From: an uncultured Gemmatimonadales bacterium
GTDB taxonomy: Bacteria > Gemmatimonadota > Gemmatimonadetes > Longimicrobiales > RSA9
Direction of reading: 5' to 3'
Assembly: GCA_963708135.1 (NCBI GenBank)
Contig: OY970192.1
Coordinates: 3,616,001 to 3,680,000, forward strand
DNA length: 64,000 nt
Shown: one piece after another, positions 61,811 through 64,000 of the stretch
How positions within the stretch are numbered: position 1 is the stretch's first letter
How the letters are laid out: every line of letters begins with the position of its first letter
The notes under the pieces: model-generated
Databases searched by the model: none
Told to the model about the DNA's origin: nothing
What the model saw: the letters and a program-made list of their open reading frames with translations, nothing else
Position numbers and translations under genes: made by a program

Positions 61811-64000
61811 CTACTCGGTCCGCAGCGCCTGGAGCGGATCGAGTCTGGCGGCCCGGCGCGCGGGCAGGTAGCTGGCCAGCGCGGCGGCGGCGAGCACCAG
61901 TACGGGCACGATCACGAACGTGAGCGGATCGAGCGGCCGCACGCCGAAGAGGAAGCCGCGCAGCAGGCGGGATGCGGCCAGCGCGCCGGCGAGCCCGAGC
62001 AGTGTGCCCAGGGCGGCGAGGGCGAGGCCGGCGCCCAGGACGAGCGCGAGCACGCCCCGGCGGGTAGCGCCCAGCGCCATGCGGATCCCCAGCTCCGACG
62101 TGCGCCGCGCCGTCGCATAGCTCAGCACGCCGTGGATGCCCACGAGCGCCAGGACCAGCGCCAGCCCGGCGAACAGCGAGAGCAGCAGCATCGTGAAGCG
62201 GCGCTCGGCCACGGAGCCGCCGAGCACGTCGTGGAGCGTCTCGACCCCGTAGACGGCGAGGCCGGGATCGGCGCCGTGGATCGCGGCGCGGAGGCCGCCG
62301 CCGAGCGCGGCCGGATCGCCGCGGCCGCGGGCGAAGACGACGCCCGCGCCGGCCGGCGCCTGCGCGATGGGCACGTATAGGGCCGGTGGGGCGGCCTCGG
62401 TCAGGCCGTGGATGCGCTCGTCGCCGACCACGCCGACCACCCGCCAGCGCGCTCCCCAGACGATGACCTCCTGGCCGAGCGGGTCCTGGTGCTGGAAGAA
62501 GCGGCGGACCGCCGTGGCGTTGAGGACGCCCGCGCGGGGCGCGTCCGGAACGTCGCCTTCGGCAAGCGTGCGGCCCCGGACGAGCGGCACGCCGAGGGTG
62601 GCGAAGTAGCCGGGCGAGACCATCCGGACGGAGATCTCCGGCCAGCTCCTCGCCTCGGCCTCCCGGCCGACTACCGCCCAGGAGTTCGTGAAGCCCGGGT
62701 CCAGCGGCGAGACGTTGGCCAGGGCCGCGGCCTGGACGCCGGGAAGCGCGCGGACGCGCTCGAGCACCGCCGCATCGAAGCGCTGGATGGCCGGCCAGCG
62801 CGGCCAGACACTGTAGTCCTCCGGGTAGCGGGTGGCCGGCAGGTCGTAGCGCGCCTGCACCACGCCGGCCGCGCGGAACCCGGGATCCACGCGCAGCACG
62901 GCGCCCAGGCTGTGCAGCAGGAGCCCGGCGCCCGTCACGAGGGTGACGGAGAGCGCGAGCTCCGCGACCACGAGCGCCTCCCGTACCCGGCGCCCCACCC
63001 GTCCCGCCGTGCCGGCGCCGCGCTCCCCGCGCAGCACCGCCACCGGGTGCATCCCCCACGCCTGCGCCAGCGGCAGCAGCCCGAAGGCCAGAGCGACGAG
63101 GAGCGAGATGGCGAACGTGGCGGCCAGCACGCGCGCATCGATCGCGACGCTCCCGAGGCGCGGCACATCCGCGGGCGCCAGCGCCACCAGCGCGCGCAAC
63201 CCGCCGTAGGCGAGGGCCACGCCGGCCGCCGAGCCGAGGGCCGCGAGCAGCAGGCTCTCGACCAGGAACTGCCGCCCAAGGCGGCCGAGCCCGGCGCCGA
63301 GCGCCGTCCGGACCGCTACCTCCCGGGCCCGGGCGGCACCGCGCGCGAGCAGGAGGTTGGCCACGTTCACGCACGCCACGACGAGCACCAGCGCCACCGC
63401 GGCGAGGAGGAGCAGCAGCGCGGGACGGACTCCGCCGAAGACCACCCGGCCGAGCGCCTCCACGTGGATGCCGCGGGCGTCGTTCACGGGATAGGCGCGC
63501 TCGAGCCGCGCCGCCAGGCCGGCCAGCTCGCGCTGCGCGCCGGCCTCCGTCGCGCCCGGCGCGAGGCGGCCGACCATGAAGAACGGGTGCGTCTCGCGCG
63601 GGTACTCGGCCTCCCCCGCCTGGAGCGGCAGCCACAGGTCGGCGGGACCGTGGTATTTCGAGGCGTAATCGGCGTGAGCGTGGATCGCGCCGAGGCCGAA
63701 CGACGCCCCCTCCGGCAGCACGCCGATCACGGTGTACGGCTCGTCCTGCACCCGGATCGTGCGGCCGACCACCGCCGGATCCGCGCCGTAGCGCTCCCGC
63801 CAGAATGCCGCCGAGAGGAGGGCCACGCGCGCCCCACCCGGCCGGGCCTCCGCGGCCGTGAACACGCGGCCGAGCAGCGGCCGGACCCCCACCACGTCGA
63901 AGTAGTCGGCGCTGGCCCGAACGAACGAAACGCGCGCCGGCTCGCCGCGCTCCGGCGTGAGCGTCCCCTCCCCGCCCGCCACGGCCGCGAGCCCGGACAG
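61811..64000 (-). CDS. ADOP/MacB-like duplicated ABC transporter permease (5' end outside window)
   Basis: ACVNVANLLLAR..AR.RE..VR.ALGA, VDPGF, ELGIRMALGA and PARRAARLDP..ALR.E motifs. Confidence 0.92.
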   Translation of the reverse strand: MSGLAAVAGGEGTLTPERGEPARVSFVRASADYFDVVGVRPLLGRVFTAAEARPGGARVALLSAAFWRERYGADPAVVGRTIRVQDEPYTVIGVLPEGASFGLGAIHAHADYASKYHGPADLWLPLQAGEAEYPRETHPFFMVGRLAPGATEAGAQRELAGLAARLERAYPVNDARGIHVEALGRVVFGGVRPALLLLLAAVALVLVVACVNVANLLLARGAARAREVAVRTALGAGLGRLGRQFLVESLLLAALGSAAGVALAYGGLRALVALAPADVPRLGSVAIDARVLAATFAISLLVALAFGLLPLAQAWGMHPVAVLRGERGAGTAGRVGRRVREALVVAELALSVTLVTGAGLLLHSLGAVLRVDPGFRAAGVVQARYDLPATRYPEDYSVWPRWPAIQRFDAAVLERVRALPGVQAAALANVSPLDPGFTNSWAVVGREAEARSWPEISVRMVSPGYFATLGVPLVRGRTLAEGDVPDAPRAGVLNATAVRRFFQHQDPLGQEVIVWGARWRVVGVVGDERIHGLTEAAPPALYVPIAQAPAGAGVVFARGRGDPAALGGGLRAAIHGADPGLAVYGVETLHDVLGGSVAERRFTMLLLSLFAGLALVLALVGIHGVLSYATARRTSELGIRMALGATRRGVLALVLGAGLALAALGTLLGLAGALAASRLLRGFLFGVRPLDPLTFVIVPVLVLAAAALASYLPARRAARLDPLQALRTE

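Overview
This is a 64 kb high-GC bacterial window. Gene content (DUF5715, ADOP-type permease, S10 peptidase, TAT amidase) suggests Gemmatimonadota; that assignment is inference. 1-2600 is an IS630 copy plus a small lower-GC accessory patch. 2.9-28 kb holds envelope, housekeeping and signalling genes, including an unexplained three-gene unit at 12106-15524: TonB receptor, ECF-S-like membrane protein and a stand-alone TiaS-like DDTD kinase. 28.1-46.6 kb is a type I-E CRISPR-Cas locus on the minus strand with 141 full 28-bp repeats at exact 61-bp periodicity. Its cas2 is split by a second, near-identical IS630 copy, and its oldest end is cut mid-repeat by an IS21-like terminus. The spacers include duplicated blocks, an exact flipped pair and repeated hits on the same targets. 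47.4-55.2 kb is a group 3b [NiFe]-hydrogenase operon interleaved with two histidine kinases and two stand-alone receivers. 55.4-64 kb has an S10 carboxypeptidase, a cytochrome c, a PPi-type phosphofructokinase, an esterase and an ABC permease. All calls are motif recognition by eye; no searches were run.
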